64,000 bases of DNA. Source: an uncultured Christensenella sp. (GTDB taxonomy: Bacteria; Bacillota; Clostridia; Christensenellales; UBA1750). Below the pieces are notes generated by a model. The model was not told the origin of the DNA. It made no database searches and saw only the letters and a list, made by a program, of their open reading frames with translations. Shown one piece after another: positions 47,802 to 57,517 of this stretch; positions within the stretch are counted from its first letter, which is position 1; each line of letters begins with the position of its first letter. The stretch lies in NCBI GenBank assembly GCA_905193155.1, contig CAJJNQ010000002.1, positions 12,270 through 76,269 of the forward strand, written 5' to 3'. The position numbers were made by a program, and so were the translations under genes.

Positions 47802-49222
47802 CGATCACGCTGCGCACCGCGCTGCCGGAGCTTTATAACGACCTGTGCGAGGTCATCCGGCTGTTTTACGGCGAATGCGAAATCCACGAGGACGCGGATG
47901 GCGAAATCTGCATCGTCCACACCGTTGAGGACGAAAAGCACGTCGTGCGCGTGGAAAACGTCGAAAAAACCGCGCCGCTGACGCCGGTTGGTGAGGATGA
48001 GCTGGAAAACAAGCGTCTGTGCAAGCGCGCGGTGAAGAACACCGTTTATGCCGCGCTCAAGGAGCTGACCGGCAAGCGCATTCCCTGGGGGAGCCTGACC
48101 GGTATCCGCCCGACGCGGCTGTTCTATGAGCAGCTTGCGGCAGGGCTGGATGAGGAAGCGGCCTGCCGTGCGCTGATGGAGAAATTCGATGTTTCGCGCG
48201 AAAAGGCGGAGCTGCTGCGCGACATCGCACGTGTGCAGAGAGGCATGGAGCAGCCCAAGGCAGGGGAAATCGACGTGTACGTCGGCATTCCGTTCTGCCG
48301 CACGCGCTGTTCGTATTGTTCCTTTGCGGCGGTGGATCTCAAGCATGGCGGAAAACTTACCGATGGGTATGTCGAAGCGGTGACGCGCGAGATGCAGCTG
48401 GTGCGCGGCGATTTGTCGCAATACAAGGTGCGCGGGCTCTACATCGGCGGCGGCACGCCGACAGCGCTGACCTGCTCTCAGCTCGACCGCGTGATCGGCA
48501 CGGCGCTGGAGTGCTTCCCCGGGGCGCGGGAGTTCACGGTGGAAGCCGGGCGGCCGGATACACTGGACGACGAAAAGCTGCGCATGCTGCGCGCTCACGG
48601 CGTAGACCGCGTGTCGCTCAACCCGCAGACCATGAACGACGAAACGCTGCGCCGCGTCGGCCGCGACCATACCGCGGAGGATATCCGAAGGATGTACGAT
48701 GAGATGCACGGGATGGGCTTTTCGGTCATCAACATGGATTTGATCCTCGGCCTGCCGGGAGAGACGGCGGAGGACGTTGCCCGCACGCTGGACGCGATTG
48801 CGGAGCTGACGCCGGAAAACCTGACGGTGCATACGCTTGCCATCAAACGGGCCGCGGCGCTGCGGCAGACCGGCTATCACGCCGACGAGGAAGAAGCCAT
48901 GCGCATGGTCGAGCTGGCGGCGCACCGCGCGCGGGAGATGGGCTATCTGCCCTATTACCTCTACCGGCAGAAATACATGGCGGGCAATCTCGAAAACGTG
49001 GGTTACTGTAAGCCGGGCACGGCTTCGATTTACAACGTGGACATCATGGAGGAGATCATGCCCATCGCTGCCTTTGGAGCGGGCGCGATTTCCAAATGGC
49101 TCTATCCAGCGGCGCGGCGCATTGAGCGCGCCCCTAACGTCAAAAACATCGAGCAATATATCGCCCGCGTGGATGAAATGGCGGAGCGCAAGCGCGCGCT
49201 TTGGAACGAGGAGGGGAAATAA
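47798..49222 (+). CDS. hemZ: HemN-like radical SAM protein (HemZ-type coproporphyrinogen dehydrogenase family)
   Basis: CRTRCSYCSF radical-SAM motif, GGGTPT, and an N-terminal extension typical of HemZ. ATG at 47798 after AGGAGGTG. Confidence 0.75.
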   Translation: MTITLRTALPELYNDLCEVIRLFYGECEIHEDADGEICIVHTVEDEKHVVRVENVEKTAPLTPVGEDELENKRLCKRAVKNTVYAALKELTGKRIPWGSLTGIRPTRLFYEQLAAGLDEEAACRALMEKFDVSREKAELLRDIARVQRGMEQPKAGEIDVYVGIPFCRTRCSYCSFAAVDLKHGGKLTDGYVEAVTREMQLVRGDLSQYKVRGLYIGGGTPTALTCSQLDRVIGTALECFPGAREFTVEAGRPDTLDDEKLRMLRAHGVDRVSLNPQTMNDETLRRVGRDHTAEDIRRMYDEMHGMGFSVINMDLILGLPGETAEDVARTLDAIAELTPENLTVHTLAIKRAAALRQTGYHADEEEAMRMVELAAHRAREMGYLPYYLYRQKYMAGNLENVGYCKPGTASIYNVDIMEEIMPIAAFGAGAISKWLYPAARRIERAPNVKNIEQYIARVDEMAERKRALWNEEGK

Positions 49223-49489
49223 ATGAAGAAAGAAAACAAACAGCGCAAGCTGGAGGAACAGCAGCAGGAGCGCGACCGCCGGTTCAAGCGGCAGGGCAAC
49301 ATCTGCATGGGCGTGATCGTGGGCTGCTTTCTGGTGATGCTGATCGTGGGCAGGCAGTGTGCCGGCGCAAGCTGGCTGGGCGGCTTTTTCCTCGTGATGG
49401 GTATCGTGATCGCGGCGGCGTTCCTTTACTCGCTGCGCAATGTGTCCCGCCGCCTGAAAGAGGACGCGCAGCGCGAAAAGAACGGGTGA
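49223..49489 (+). CDS. Small membrane protein (hypothetical)
   Basis: 88 aa with a highly charged N-terminus and two predicted TM segments. It sits tightly between hemZ and the ferredoxin-like gene, with an RBS. Confidence 0.5.
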   Translation: MKKENKQRKLEEQQQERDRRFKRQGNICMGVIVGCFLVMLIVGRQCAGASWLGGFFLVMGIVIAAAFLYSLRNVSRRLKEDAQREKNG

Positions 49490-49493
49490 AGGC

Positions 49494-50258
49494 ATGATTC
49501 TCTATTTTTCCGCGACGGGCAACAGCCGCTATGCCGCGCAGCGCCTTGCGGCGGCACTGAACGACCGGGCGGATTCCATAACCGGTTCGGACGGAAAAAC
49601 AACACTGCGTCGCGGCGAAAGGCTCGGCATCGTCACGCCGACCTATGCCTGGGAACTGCCGGAGCCTGTCCGCAAATTTCTGAAAAACGCACAATTCACC
49701 GCAGAGGGCGAGAATTATGTTTTTTCCGTATCGACTTACGGCACCACGCCCGGCGCTTCCGGGGCGGAAATCCGTCACCTGCTCAAGCAGAAGGGCGTGC
49801 GGGTTAACGCGCTGTACAGCATCCGCTTTCCCGACACCTGGACGCCGATGTTTGACCTGAGGAATGCGGAAAGAAACGCGCGGATCAATGAGCGGGCGGA
49901 AAGCGCCATCGATCGGGTGGCAGCGCAGATTCAAGTGGAAACGCGCGGCAATCATATGCAGTGGCCTGCGCCGTACTTTGTGCGGCTGTTCAGCCATCCT
50001 TCGTATGAAGCCATGCGCAGGACGGCACATTTTCATGTGGAGGAAAGCTGCATCGGCTGCGGCCTGTGTGCCAAGAACTGTCCGGAGCAGGCGATCCGGA
50101 TGCAGGCGGGAAAGCCGGTTTGGGTAAAGAAAAAATGCGCGGCGTGCCTGGGATGTCTGCACCGCTGCCCGAAGTTTGCGATTCAATACAGTGAAAAGAC
50201 GAAGCACCATGGGCAATATTTACATCCGGCGGTTCATGAAACCATCAAGAAAAAGTAA
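49494..50258 (+). CDS. Flavodoxin-like / 4Fe-4S ferredoxin-domain protein (EFR1-type)
   Basis: N-terminal MILYFSATGNSRY (flavodoxin-like) and C-terminal CIGCGLCAKNCP..CAACLGCLHRCP (2x[4Fe-4S]). Confidence 0.75.
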   Translation: MILYFSATGNSRYAAQRLAAALNDRADSITGSDGKTTLRRGERLGIVTPTYAWELPEPVRKFLKNAQFTAEGENYVFSVSTYGTTPGASGAEIRHLLKQKGVRVNALYSIRFPDTWTPMFDLRNAERNARINERAESAIDRVAAQIQVETRGNHMQWPAPYFVRLFSHPSYEAMRRTAHFHVEESCIGCGLCAKNCPEQAIRMQAGKPVWVKKKCAACLGCLHRCPKFAIQYSEKTKHHGQYLHPAVHETIKKK

Positions 50259-50313
50259 AAATGAGCGAAATTGCCCGAGTGGGGTTGACAAAAAACGTTT
50301 GACGGCATACCAT

Positions 50314-50352
50314 GGGATGGGTGCGAAAAAGCGCACTCATCCCTTTTATTTT
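50314..50352 (+). terminator. Hairpin and T-rich tail after the ferredoxin-like gene
   Basis: gggatgggtgcg-aaaaa-gcgcactcatccc followed by ttttatttta. Confidence 0.65.
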
Positions 50353-50354
50353 AT

Positions 50355-50550
50355 ACTGCAATACGGAGGTGACCTGGATGGACGGGAACGATAAATGCGG
50401 CGCCGGCGAAAACATACCGCTGCCGCGAAGTCGCAACGGGCGCGTCCGGATAGGCCGCCCCACAAAGCCCCTTTGCCGACGGTAAGACGTCGCTGAGCCT
50501 GCTTTTATCCTTCCACGGGCAATCGGATTTTTTCGAGGGCGCGTGTTTTT
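50355..50550 (+). promoter_or_regulatory. Probable M-box (Mg2+-sensing, ykoK-type) riboswitch leader of mgtE
   Basis: The leader is about 250 nt long. Segments resemble M-box conserved blocks (GGAGGTGACC; GCTGCCGCGAAGTCGCAACGGGCG; GGTAAGACGTCGCTGAGCCTGC). Position upstream of mgtE is typical in Firmicutes. The match is by eye only. Confidence 0.5.
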
Positions 50551-50613
50551 GTCGTGCAAAAAAACGGTGAAAACAAAAAGCGCGTCCGGACAGCGAAGAA
50601 AGGAGCGAATCCC

Positions 50614-51954
50614 ATGGAGCAGTTTGAGCAGCTCGTAACCCTGATGGAAAAGAACCAGATCGCGGCGCTGAAGAAGCGCCTTGGCGGCATGAATGCAACG
50701 GACGTTGCCGCCTTCCTCGAAAACCTTGACCCGGAAAAGCGCCTGCTGGTGTTCCGGGTGCTTCCCAAGGATCTGGCGGCGGATGCGTTTACCTATCTGC
50801 CCGCCGAGATGCAGCAGACCATTGTCGAAACCATTTCCGACGGCGAAGTTTCGCGCCTGGCCGACGAGCTTTGCCTGGACGATACGGTGGACTTTCTCGA
50901 AGAGGTTCCCGCAAACGTTGTCAAAAAAGTGCTGCGCAACGTGGACAAAGAAACCCGTGAGCGCATTACCGAATTTTTGAAATATCCAAAGAATTCTGCC
51001 GGAAGCCTGATGACGGTGGAGTTTGTGGAACTGCATGACCGCCTGACGGTGGGGCAGGCGCTCGATACCGTCCGCCGCGAAGGCGATCAGATGGAAACTG
51101 TCGATACCCTCTATACCATTGACAACACCCATCACCTGACCGGCACGCTGACGCTGCTCGACCTCGTGCGTGCGGACAGCTCGCAGAAGATCTCCGAGCT
51201 CAAGCACGCGCCCGCCGCCGTGGCGCGCACGTTGGAGGATCAGGAAGAGGTCGCCGCGGATTTCAGTAAATACGACCTGTCGCATATGCCGGTTGTAGAC
51301 GGTGAAGGGCGGCTGGTCGGCCTCATCACCGTGGATGATATCGTGGACGTCATTCAGGATGAGAACACCGAGGATATGGAAAAGATGGCCGCCATGGCGC
51401 CGTCCGAAAAGCCGTATCTCAAGACCAGCCCATGGGATCTGGCCAAGCACCGCATCCTTTGGCTGCTGGCGCTGATGCTCTCGGCCACCATCACCGGCCG
51501 CATCATTACCGGTTTTGAAGAGCTGCTGGCGCAGGCCGTGGTGCTGACCGCCTTCATCCCCATGCTGATGGATACCGGCGGAAACTGCGGCGCGCAGTCC
51601 TCCACGATGGTGATTCGCGGCCTTGCGCTGGGGCAGATTGCCCCGCGCGATATTGGCCGAGTGCTCTGGAAAGAGCTGCGCGTCAGCATCATCTGCGGCG
51701 TGATGCTGGGCGTGGTCAACTTTGCGCGCATCCTGTGCTTTGAGCAGGTCGGCGCGGCGGTTGCGCTGGCGGTCAGCCTGTCGCTGGTGGTGACGGTGAT
51801 CTGCTCCAAGTGCGTCGGCGGCCTGCTGCCCATTCTGGCGAAGATGGTGCACCTCGACCCCGCCGTGATGGCCAGCCCGCTGATCACCACCCTGGTCGAT
51901 ACCGTCAGCCTCCTGGTGTTCTTTAGCTTCTCCAAAATGATTCTCGGAATATAA
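50614..51954 (+). CDS. mgtE: Magnesium transporter MgtE
   Basis: N-domain, tandem CBS domains (MPVVDGEGRLVGLITVDDIVDV), and the TM domain with the PMLMDTGGNCGAQSS motif. ATG at 50614 after AAAGGAG. Confidence 0.95.
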   Translation: MEQFEQLVTLMEKNQIAALKKRLGGMNATDVAAFLENLDPEKRLLVFRVLPKDLAADAFTYLPAEMQQTIVETISDGEVSRLADELCLDDTVDFLEEVPANVVKKVLRNVDKETRERITEFLKYPKNSAGSLMTVEFVELHDRLTVGQALDTVRREGDQMETVDTLYTIDNTHHLTGTLTLLDLVRADSSQKISELKHAPAAVARTLEDQEEVAADFSKYDLSHMPVVDGEGRLVGLITVDDIVDVIQDENTEDMEKMAAMAPSEKPYLKTSPWDLAKHRILWLLALMLSATITGRIITGFEELLAQAVVLTAFIPMLMDTGGNCGAQSSTMVIRGLALGQIAPRDIGRVLWKELRVSIICGVMLGVVNFARILCFEQVGAAVALAVSLSLVVTVICSKCVGGLLPILAKMVHLDPAVMASPLITTLVDTVSLLVFFSFSKMILGI

Positions 51955-51964
51955 ATAAAATCAG

Positions 51965-52003
51965 CGTCCTGCTCTTCAAAAAGAAAAGAGCAGGACGTTT
52001 TTT
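51965..52003 (+). terminator. Rho-independent terminator after mgtE
   Basis: Perfect 12-bp stem cgtcctgctctt / aagagcaggacg and a T6 run. Confidence 0.85.
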
Positions 52004-52087
52004 GACATAAAATTCAAAAAAGTTAAAAATGCAGAAGGAATTTGAAAGAAGATAGAGAATATAATACATTCTCACATCAAATGAAGG

Positions 52088-52116
52088 CGGCCGGACTGAC
52101 CCACCCGGCCGTTTTT
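52088..52116 (+). terminator. Intrinsic-terminator-like hairpin inside the 5' leader of the ABC-2 operon (possible attenuator)
   Basis: 7-bp GC stem cggccgg / ccggccg with a 10-nt loop and a T5 run. It is 70 nt upstream of the ATG at 52187 and downstream of a TATAAT box at 52059-52064. Confidence 0.4.
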
Positions 52117-52186
52117 GTTGCCCCTCCGCATGGGAGGAGGGTGCGTTGCCAACCGTCGGACGTATTCGAGTCGAAAGGGGTAAAGA

Positions 52187-53161
52187 ATGGAAGAGATCAT
52201 TTCAGTGGAAAAGCTCTGCGTGCGCTTTGTTGTGCGCAAACGGGGAAAGCATCTGTTTTCACCGCGGGAAAAGTCGAGCGTGGAAGCACTGGGCGGCGTA
52301 TCCTTCGGCGTGCAGCCGGGGGAATTTGTGGGGTACATCGGGCCGAACGGCGCAGGTAAATCCACCACCATCAAGTGCCTGTCCGGCATTCTGACGCCGA
52401 CATCGGGACAGGCGCGCTGTCTGGGCCTCGTGCCGTGGAAAGAGAGAATCGCCAACGCGCGGGATATCGGCGTGGTGTTCGGGCAGCGCACGCAGCTCTG
52501 GTGGGATTTGCCGGTGCAGGACAGCTTCGATCTGCTGTGCGATCTGTATGACCTGAAAAGGGCGGATTACAAGCAGACCTGCGCAAGGCTCACCGAGGCG
52601 ATGGACATCGGCGCCCTGCTCCGCACACCGGTGCGGCAGCTCTCGCTGGGGCAGCGGATGCGCTGTGATCTGGCGGCGGCGCTGATTCATCGGCCGAAGC
52701 TGCTGTTCCTGGACGAGCCGACCATCGGGCTGGACGCGGTATCCAAGCTCAACATGCGCGCTTTTGTGCGTGAGCTCAACCGGCAGGAGGGAACCACCGT
52801 GCTGCTGACCACGCACGACATGGCTGACGTGGAAAGCCTGTGCGGCCGCGTGATGCTGATCGGTCACGGCAGGCTGCTGCTCGACGGCACGGTGGACAGT
52901 CTGCGCGCGGCGGCGGAACAGAAGCGTGTAATGCGCGCCCGCATCGGTCAGGGCGCGTGGACGCTGCCGGAGGGTGCGGAACTGCTCGACCGCACGGGGG
53001 ATGAGATTACGCTGCGCTTTGATCCGGAAAGGGTCCCTGCGGACCGATTGGTGCTGCACCTGGCGGGGAGCTGCGGGCTGATGGATGTGCAGATTTCCCA
53101 GCCGCCGCTGGAGGAGACCGTTGCCGCCCTCTACCGAAAGCTGGAGGAGGCGGAAGCATGA
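52187..53161 (+). CDS. ABC transporter ATP-binding protein (ABC-2 type)
   Basis: Walker A GPNGAGKST, signature LSLGQRMR, and Walker B LLFLDEPT. Confidence 0.92.
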   Translation: MEEIISVEKLCVRFVVRKRGKHLFSPREKSSVEALGGVSFGVQPGEFVGYIGPNGAGKSTTIKCLSGILTPTSGQARCLGLVPWKERIANARDIGVVFGQRTQLWWDLPVQDSFDLLCDLYDLKRADYKQTCARLTEAMDIGALLRTPVRQLSLGQRMRCDLAAALIHRPKLLFLDEPTIGLDAVSKLNMRAFVRELNRQEGTTVLLTTHDMADVESLCGRVMLIGHGRLLLDGTVDSLRAAAEQKRVMRARIGQGAWTLPEGAELLDRTGDEITLRFDPERVPADRLVLHLAGSCGLMDVQISQPPLEETVAALYRKLEEAEA

Positions 53162-53964
53162 ACACGAAGGGCAGAGCGTTTTCGGGACTTCTGCGCACGG
53201 CGCTGCGGCAGCAGCTGCAATACCGTTCCGCGATGATGGCGGGCGTAGTGACGCAGATCGCCTTCGGGCTGATTTACATCATGGTCTATCAGGCGTTTTT
53301 TCGGGAAGGGCAGGGACGGACGGATCTGACGCTGATGCAGACCGTCTCCTATGTCTGGCTTTCACAGGGGACTTACCGCATGATGCCGTGGTCGGGGCTG
53401 CGCGACATTGAAGCCATGATGCGCGACGGGCGCATCGCCTTCGAACTGACGCGGCCGCGGGATCTGTTTGGAATGTGGTATGCGCGGGCGATGGCGCTGC
53501 GCACCGCGCCGCTGCTGGTCAACCTGCCGCTGGTGCTGGCGGCCGCGCTGCTGATGCCGGGGGAGTTTGTGCTGCGCTTGCCGATAGAATTTCTGCCGCT
53601 GGGCGCGTTATCGCTGCTGTTGGCCATGCTGTTGACCTCGGCGGTGACGGTGGCGCTGACGGGCAGCTATTTCTGGACGATCTCTGGGCAGGGGATCAGC
53701 CGCATCGTTCCGATGCTCGGCAACCTGCTGGCGGGCAACGTGGTGCCGCTGGGGCTGTTTCCGGCAGGAATCCGTCAGGTGCTGCGTGCACTGCCCTTTG
53801 CGTCGATGCTGGACGCTCCGCTTCGCATTCTGGTGGGTGCGGTAAATCTCCAACAGGCGCTGGAACTGGTCGGTTTGCAGATGGCCTGGCTGATCGGGCT
53901 GCTGGCGCTGGGGCGCTGCGTCATCCATGCAGGTGTGCGCAAATGCGTCGTGCAAGGAGGTTGA
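53158..53964 (+). CDS. ABC-2 family transporter permease
   Basis: 268 aa multi-TM protein. The start overlaps the ATPase stop (ATGA). Confidence 0.8.
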   Translation: MNTKGRAFSGLLRTALRQQLQYRSAMMAGVVTQIAFGLIYIMVYQAFFREGQGRTDLTLMQTVSYVWLSQGTYRMMPWSGLRDIEAMMRDGRIAFELTRPRDLFGMWYARAMALRTAPLLVNLPLVLAAALLMPGEFVLRLPIEFLPLGALSLLLAMLLTSAVTVALTGSYFWTISGQGISRIVPMLGNLLAGNVVPLGLFPAGIRQVLRALPFASMLDAPLRILVGAVNLQQALELVGLQMAWLIGLLALGRCVIHAGVRKCVVQGG

Positions 53965-53968
53965 GCTG

Positions 53969-54763
53969 ATGAGAACGATTCAAACGTATTTTAAGCTCGC
54001 TTTTGCCGACGTGCGCTCGCAGATGCAGCATCAGGCCTCCTTCTGGATGAACACGGTGGGGAATCTGATCGCTTCCGGAGAGAGTTTTGTGATGATCTGG
54101 GCCTTGTTTGCCTCTTTCGGCAAGCTGGGGGAGTGGTCGATGGCGGAGATCGCCGTGCTCTATGGCATCGTCAACAGTGCCTATGCATTGGCGGAGGGCG
54201 TCGGGCGCGGATTCGGGCGGTTCAATCAGTTGGTCAAGACAGGGGACTTTGACCGCGTACTGTTGCGGCCGCGCGGCACGTTATTCCAGATCCTTTCTTC
54301 TAAAATGGAAGCGGCACGCGCCGGGCGGCTGATTCAGGCTGTCGGCGCGCTGTGGCTCGGCCTTGCGGCCATGCCGCAGGTTGTGGGGCTGGGGCAAATC
54401 GCGCTGATCCTGCTGTGCATCGTCGGCGGGATGCTGCTGTTTCTTGGTCTTTTGATGATGCAGGCGGCGGTGTGCTTCTGGACGGTGGAATCCATTGAGG
54501 TCTTCAACGTGCTGACCTTCGGCGGCATTTCCGCAGCGGCCTATCCGCTGGACGTGTTCCGGAAATGGCTGCGGGATTTCTTCCTTTATATGATCCCGAT
54601 CGGGTTCATCAACTACCTGCCCTGCGCCTATCTGTTCGGCAAGGCGCTGCCGTATCCCGCATGGACGGCGTTTCTGGCGCCGGTGGCGGGCGCGCTGTTC
54701 CTTGCGCTGGGCGCGGTGCTGTGGCAGGCGGGCGTTCGGCATTATCGCTCCTGCGGCGCTTGA
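53969..54763 (+). CDS. ABC-2 family transporter permease (second subunit)
   Basis: 264 aa multi-TM protein. ATG at 53969 after AAGGAGG. Confidence 0.8.
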   Translation: MRTIQTYFKLAFADVRSQMQHQASFWMNTVGNLIASGESFVMIWALFASFGKLGEWSMAEIAVLYGIVNSAYALAEGVGRGFGRFNQLVKTGDFDRVLLRPRGTLFQILSSKMEAARAGRLIQAVGALWLGLAAMPQVVGLGQIALILLCIVGGMLLFLGLLMMQAAVCFWTVESIEVFNVLTFGGISAAAYPLDVFRKWLRDFFLYMIPIGFINYLPCAYLFGKALPYPAWTAFLAPVAGALFLALGAVLWQAGVRHYRSCGA

Positions 54764-54822
54764 CGGCGGCGGGCAAATAGGCTAAACTGAGAAGGTAATT
54801 CCCCGGAAGGGAGGGTCTTATC

Positions 54823-55284
54823 ATGCCGGAAGGCGTCAAGCAGTGCGCGCAGAACAAAAAGGCGTGGCACGATTACTTCATAGAGGATAAGCTCGAAGCA
54901 GGCGTGGAGTTGTTCGGTACGGAGGTTAAGTCCATACGTGCGGGCAAGTGCAACCTGAAGGACAGCTACGTTGAGATCAGAAACGGCGAAGCCTTCGTGC
55001 AGGGAATGCACATCAGCCCTTACGAGCAGGGAAATATCTTCAATAAAGATCCCTTGCGCCCCAAAAAGCTGCTGCTGCACAAGGCGGAAATCCGCAAGTT
55101 TCTGGCCAAGGTCATGCAAAAGGGCTATTCCATCGTGCCGCTTCAGGTGTACCTGAAAAACGGTCGGGTCAAAGTGGAGATCGCTTTGGCGCGCGGCAAA
55201 AAGCTCTACGATAAGCGCGACGATATGGCCAAGAAGGAAGCGCAGCGCGACATCGAGCGCAGCGTCAAAGATCGCATGAGATAA
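54823..55284 (+). CDS. smpB: SsrA-binding protein SmpB
   Basis: [27 protein letters not shown] and KLLLHK.EI motifs, with a basic C-terminal tail. Confidence 0.95.
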   Translation: MPEGVKQCAQNKKAWHDYFIEDKLEAGVELFGTEVKSIRAGKCNLKDSYVEIRNGEAFVQGMHISPYEQGNIFNKDPLRPKKLLLHKAEIRKFLAKVMQKGYSIVPLQVYLKNGRVKVEIALARGKKLYDKRDDMAKKEAQRDIERSVKDRMR

Positions 55285-55291
55285 TCAAGAA

Positions 55292-55338
55292 AGAACCTGT
55301 GGGATCGTCCGGCAGACGGAGCTCACGGGTTCTTTTTT
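55292..55338 (+). terminator. Rho-independent terminator after smpB
   Basis: agaacctgtgg..ctcacgggttct stem and a T6 run. Confidence 0.7.
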
Positions 55339-55538
55339 GTCGGATTGTTTTTTGGAAAAAATGGGGCAAAAGCGCATTGATTCGATGACGAAAAGTGGAA
55401 TCAGAAAAGAAAGGTGCTGATGTTTATCAGGTCAACAGCAGGGAATTCTGGTTGGATCTGTTCGATGCGAAGAACGTGTTTGAGACGATTCGTTCCGTAT
55501 ACATATCCGGATCGAAAGATTTGCTCTGCCCGTTGGAT

Positions 55539-55997
55539 TCAGGACAGGGACATCACATAAATCTGGCAGGGATTCCATTCGTCCCAGAGCGTCGGAAAGC
55601 ACTCAAATTCCTTAAATCCAAGGCTCAGATAGAAACGGTTCGTTTGGTCGTATTCCTCATACTGCCCCATCTGCACGGTCTTGACCTGCATAAAGGAATA
55701 GCCCTGCGAAACAGCGATGGCCTTTGCCGCTTCAAAAAGTCCGCGGCCGATGCCGCGGCGGTGCAGCTCCTTGCGCACGCCCATCACGGCCAGTTCAACC
55801 GTGTCCCTGCCGGTCTGCTTGAGACAGAGAAACCCGTTTGCGCGGTCGCCGTCCAGGGACGCGACCATCGTCTGCGCCGCGCTTTCCCGGATGTAGGTTT
55901 CGGTGGATTCCGGTATGCCGAACCATTCCGGCAGGGCGTAAAGGATGTCCCGCGCAATGTTGTTCTTCTGCCGCGGGTCGTCAATTTGACGGATCAT
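55539..55997 (-). CDS. GNAT-family N-acetyltransferase
   Basis: 152 aa. ELAVMGVRKELHRRGIGRGLFEAAKAIAVSQGYSFMQVKT is the acetyl-CoA-binding motif A region. RBS GGAGG. Confidence 0.8.
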   Translation of the reverse strand: MIRQIDDPRQKNNIARDILYALPEWFGIPESTETYIRESAAQTMVASLDGDRANGFLCLKQTGRDTVELAVMGVRKELHRRGIGRGLFEAAKAIAVSQGYSFMQVKTVQMGQYEEYDQTNRFYLSLGFKEFECFPTLWDEWNPCQIYVMSLS

Positions 55998-56118
55998 AAA
56001 AATGCCTCCTGCATTTTTAGAAATTACGGGAAGTTTATCCTCAGTATAACAGGCTTGCGGCGGGATGTACAGTGTGGTAAAGTAGACTTACCGCATAAAC
56101 GAAAAAGGGGTGTCCGTT

Positions 56119-57426
56119 ATGTTCAAGTTCGATCGGGAAGAATACAACCGGCGCGTTGCCTGGTTCCGGCAGGATCGTTTCGGCATGTTCATCCATTGGG
56201 GGTTGTACGCCATTCCGGCGCGCGGCGAATGGGTGCGCAGCCAGGAGCGTATCTCCGTGGAAGCCTATCAGCCCTATTTCGACGAATTCAATCCCGTGGA
56301 TTACGACCCGAAAAAGTGGGCGAAGCTCGCCAAAGAGGCCGGCATGAAATACGCCGTGCTCACCGCTAAGCACCACGACGGCTTCTGCCTGTTCGATTCC
56401 AAGCTGACCGATTACAAGGCGACCAACACGCCCGCGCATCGCGACCTCGTGCGCGAATACATCGACGCCTTCCGTGCTGAAGGGCTCAAGGTCGGCCTCT
56501 ATTATTCCATCATCGATTGGCACCATCCCGATTTCCCGCACTACGGCGACCGCCAGCATCCCGAGCGCGACAATGAAGCCTTTAAGGGCGTGCAGCACAA
56601 TTTCGACAACTATCTGGACTACATGCACGGTCAGGTGCGCGAGCTTTGTGAAAACTACGGAAAGATCGACATCATGTGGTTCGATTTCTCCTACGACGAC
56701 ATGGTGGGGGAGAAGTGGCACGCGACCGATCTCGTCCGCATGATCCGCAAGCTCCAGCCCGGCATCATCATTGACAATCGGCTGGAGGCCAGCGGCTCCG
56801 GCTTCGGTTCGCTGCTGACGAAGAATCCCACCGAATATTGCGGCGATTTCGTCAGCCCCGAGCAGATCATCCCGCCGGAAGGCATTTTCGATGAGGAGGG
56901 CAACCGCGCGGTGTGGGAAGCCTGCATCACCATGAACAACCATTGGGGCTACCACGCCACCGATAAGTTCTTCAAGCCCGCGTCCCTCGTCATTCACAAG
57001 CTGGTCGAGTGCGTCTCCAAGGGCGGCAATATGCTCATCAATGTCGGCCCCGATGCGCGCGGCAACATCCCGCCGGAATCCGTCAGAATTTTGCAGGATC
57101 TCGCCGGGTGGATGAGCAAAAACGGCGATTCGATCTACGGTTGCGGCTATGCCGACCTGCCCAAGCCGGAAAACGGCCGCGTCACCCGCAAGGGCAACAA
57201 GCTCTATTACCACGTTTACGAAGAGGCCATCGGCGATATTCCGCTCTACGGCGTACATCGTGCGGACGTGGAGAAGGTGCGCCTGCTCGCCACCGGCGCG
57301 GAAGTGCCCATCTCCGATAACTGGATGACCGCCAATTATCCGGATACTGTGTTCGTAACGCTGGGCGAGAACCCCGTGCTGCCCGATCCCATCGACACCG
57401 TGCTGGAAGTCACGCTCAAGGCGTAA
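56119..57426 (+). CDS. Alpha-L-fucosidase (GH29)
   Basis: FGMFIHWGLYAIPARGEW, KHHDGFCLFDS, DIMWFDF and GGNMLINVGP are GH29 hallmarks. Confidence 0.9.
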   Translation: MFKFDREEYNRRVAWFRQDRFGMFIHWGLYAIPARGEWVRSQERISVEAYQPYFDEFNPVDYDPKKWAKLAKEAGMKYAVLTAKHHDGFCLFDSKLTDYKATNTPAHRDLVREYIDAFRAEGLKVGLYYSIIDWHHPDFPHYGDRQHPERDNEAFKGVQHNFDNYLDYMHGQVRELCENYGKIDIMWFDFSYDDMVGEKWHATDLVRMIRKLQPGIIIDNRLEASGSGFGSLLTKNPTEYCGDFVSPEQIIPPEGIFDEEGNRAVWEACITMNNHWGYHATDKFFKPASLVIHKLVECVSKGGNMLINVGPDARGNIPPESVRILQDLAGWMSKNGDSIYGCGYADLPKPENGRVTRKGNKLYYHVYEEAIGDIPLYGVHRADVEKVRLLATGAEVPISDNWMTANYPDTVFVTLGENPVLPDPIDTVLEVTLKA

Positions 57427-57440
57427 CGCATAAAACGTAT

Positions 57441-57477
57441 AAGCAGCTCCCGAAAAGCCTTTCGGGAGCTGCTTTTG
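57441..57477. terminator. Bidirectional terminator
   Basis: Perfect 15-bp stem aagcagctcccgaaa / tttcgggagctgctt with a 4-nt loop. Confidence 0.85.
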
Positions 57478-57517
57478 CCTGCCGGTCAGTGCGGCAGGTC
57501 TATGCGCTTTGTGTCCT

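Noticed and set aside
47531-49495. A 654-aa minus-strand ORF.
   Set aside because: It is antisense to the MBL, hemZ and small-membrane-protein genes, with no recognisable domain.
55285-55538. The expected tmRNA (ssrA) gene downstream of smpB. Also, the frame stays open for 46 codons past the GNAT stop at 55539 (on the minus strand, towards lower coordinates).
   Set aside because: The region is too short (about 250 nt) and lacks a GGGG 5' end, a tag-reading-frame context and a T-arm/CCA 3' end. The post-stop open frame has no recognisable homology and is most simply non-coding or a gene relic.
55395-56369. A 324-aa plus-strand ORF bridging the GNAT gene and the start of the fucosidase gene.
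   Set aside because: It is antisense to the GNAT gene and out of frame with the GH29 gene, with an Arg/Gly-rich nonsense translation.
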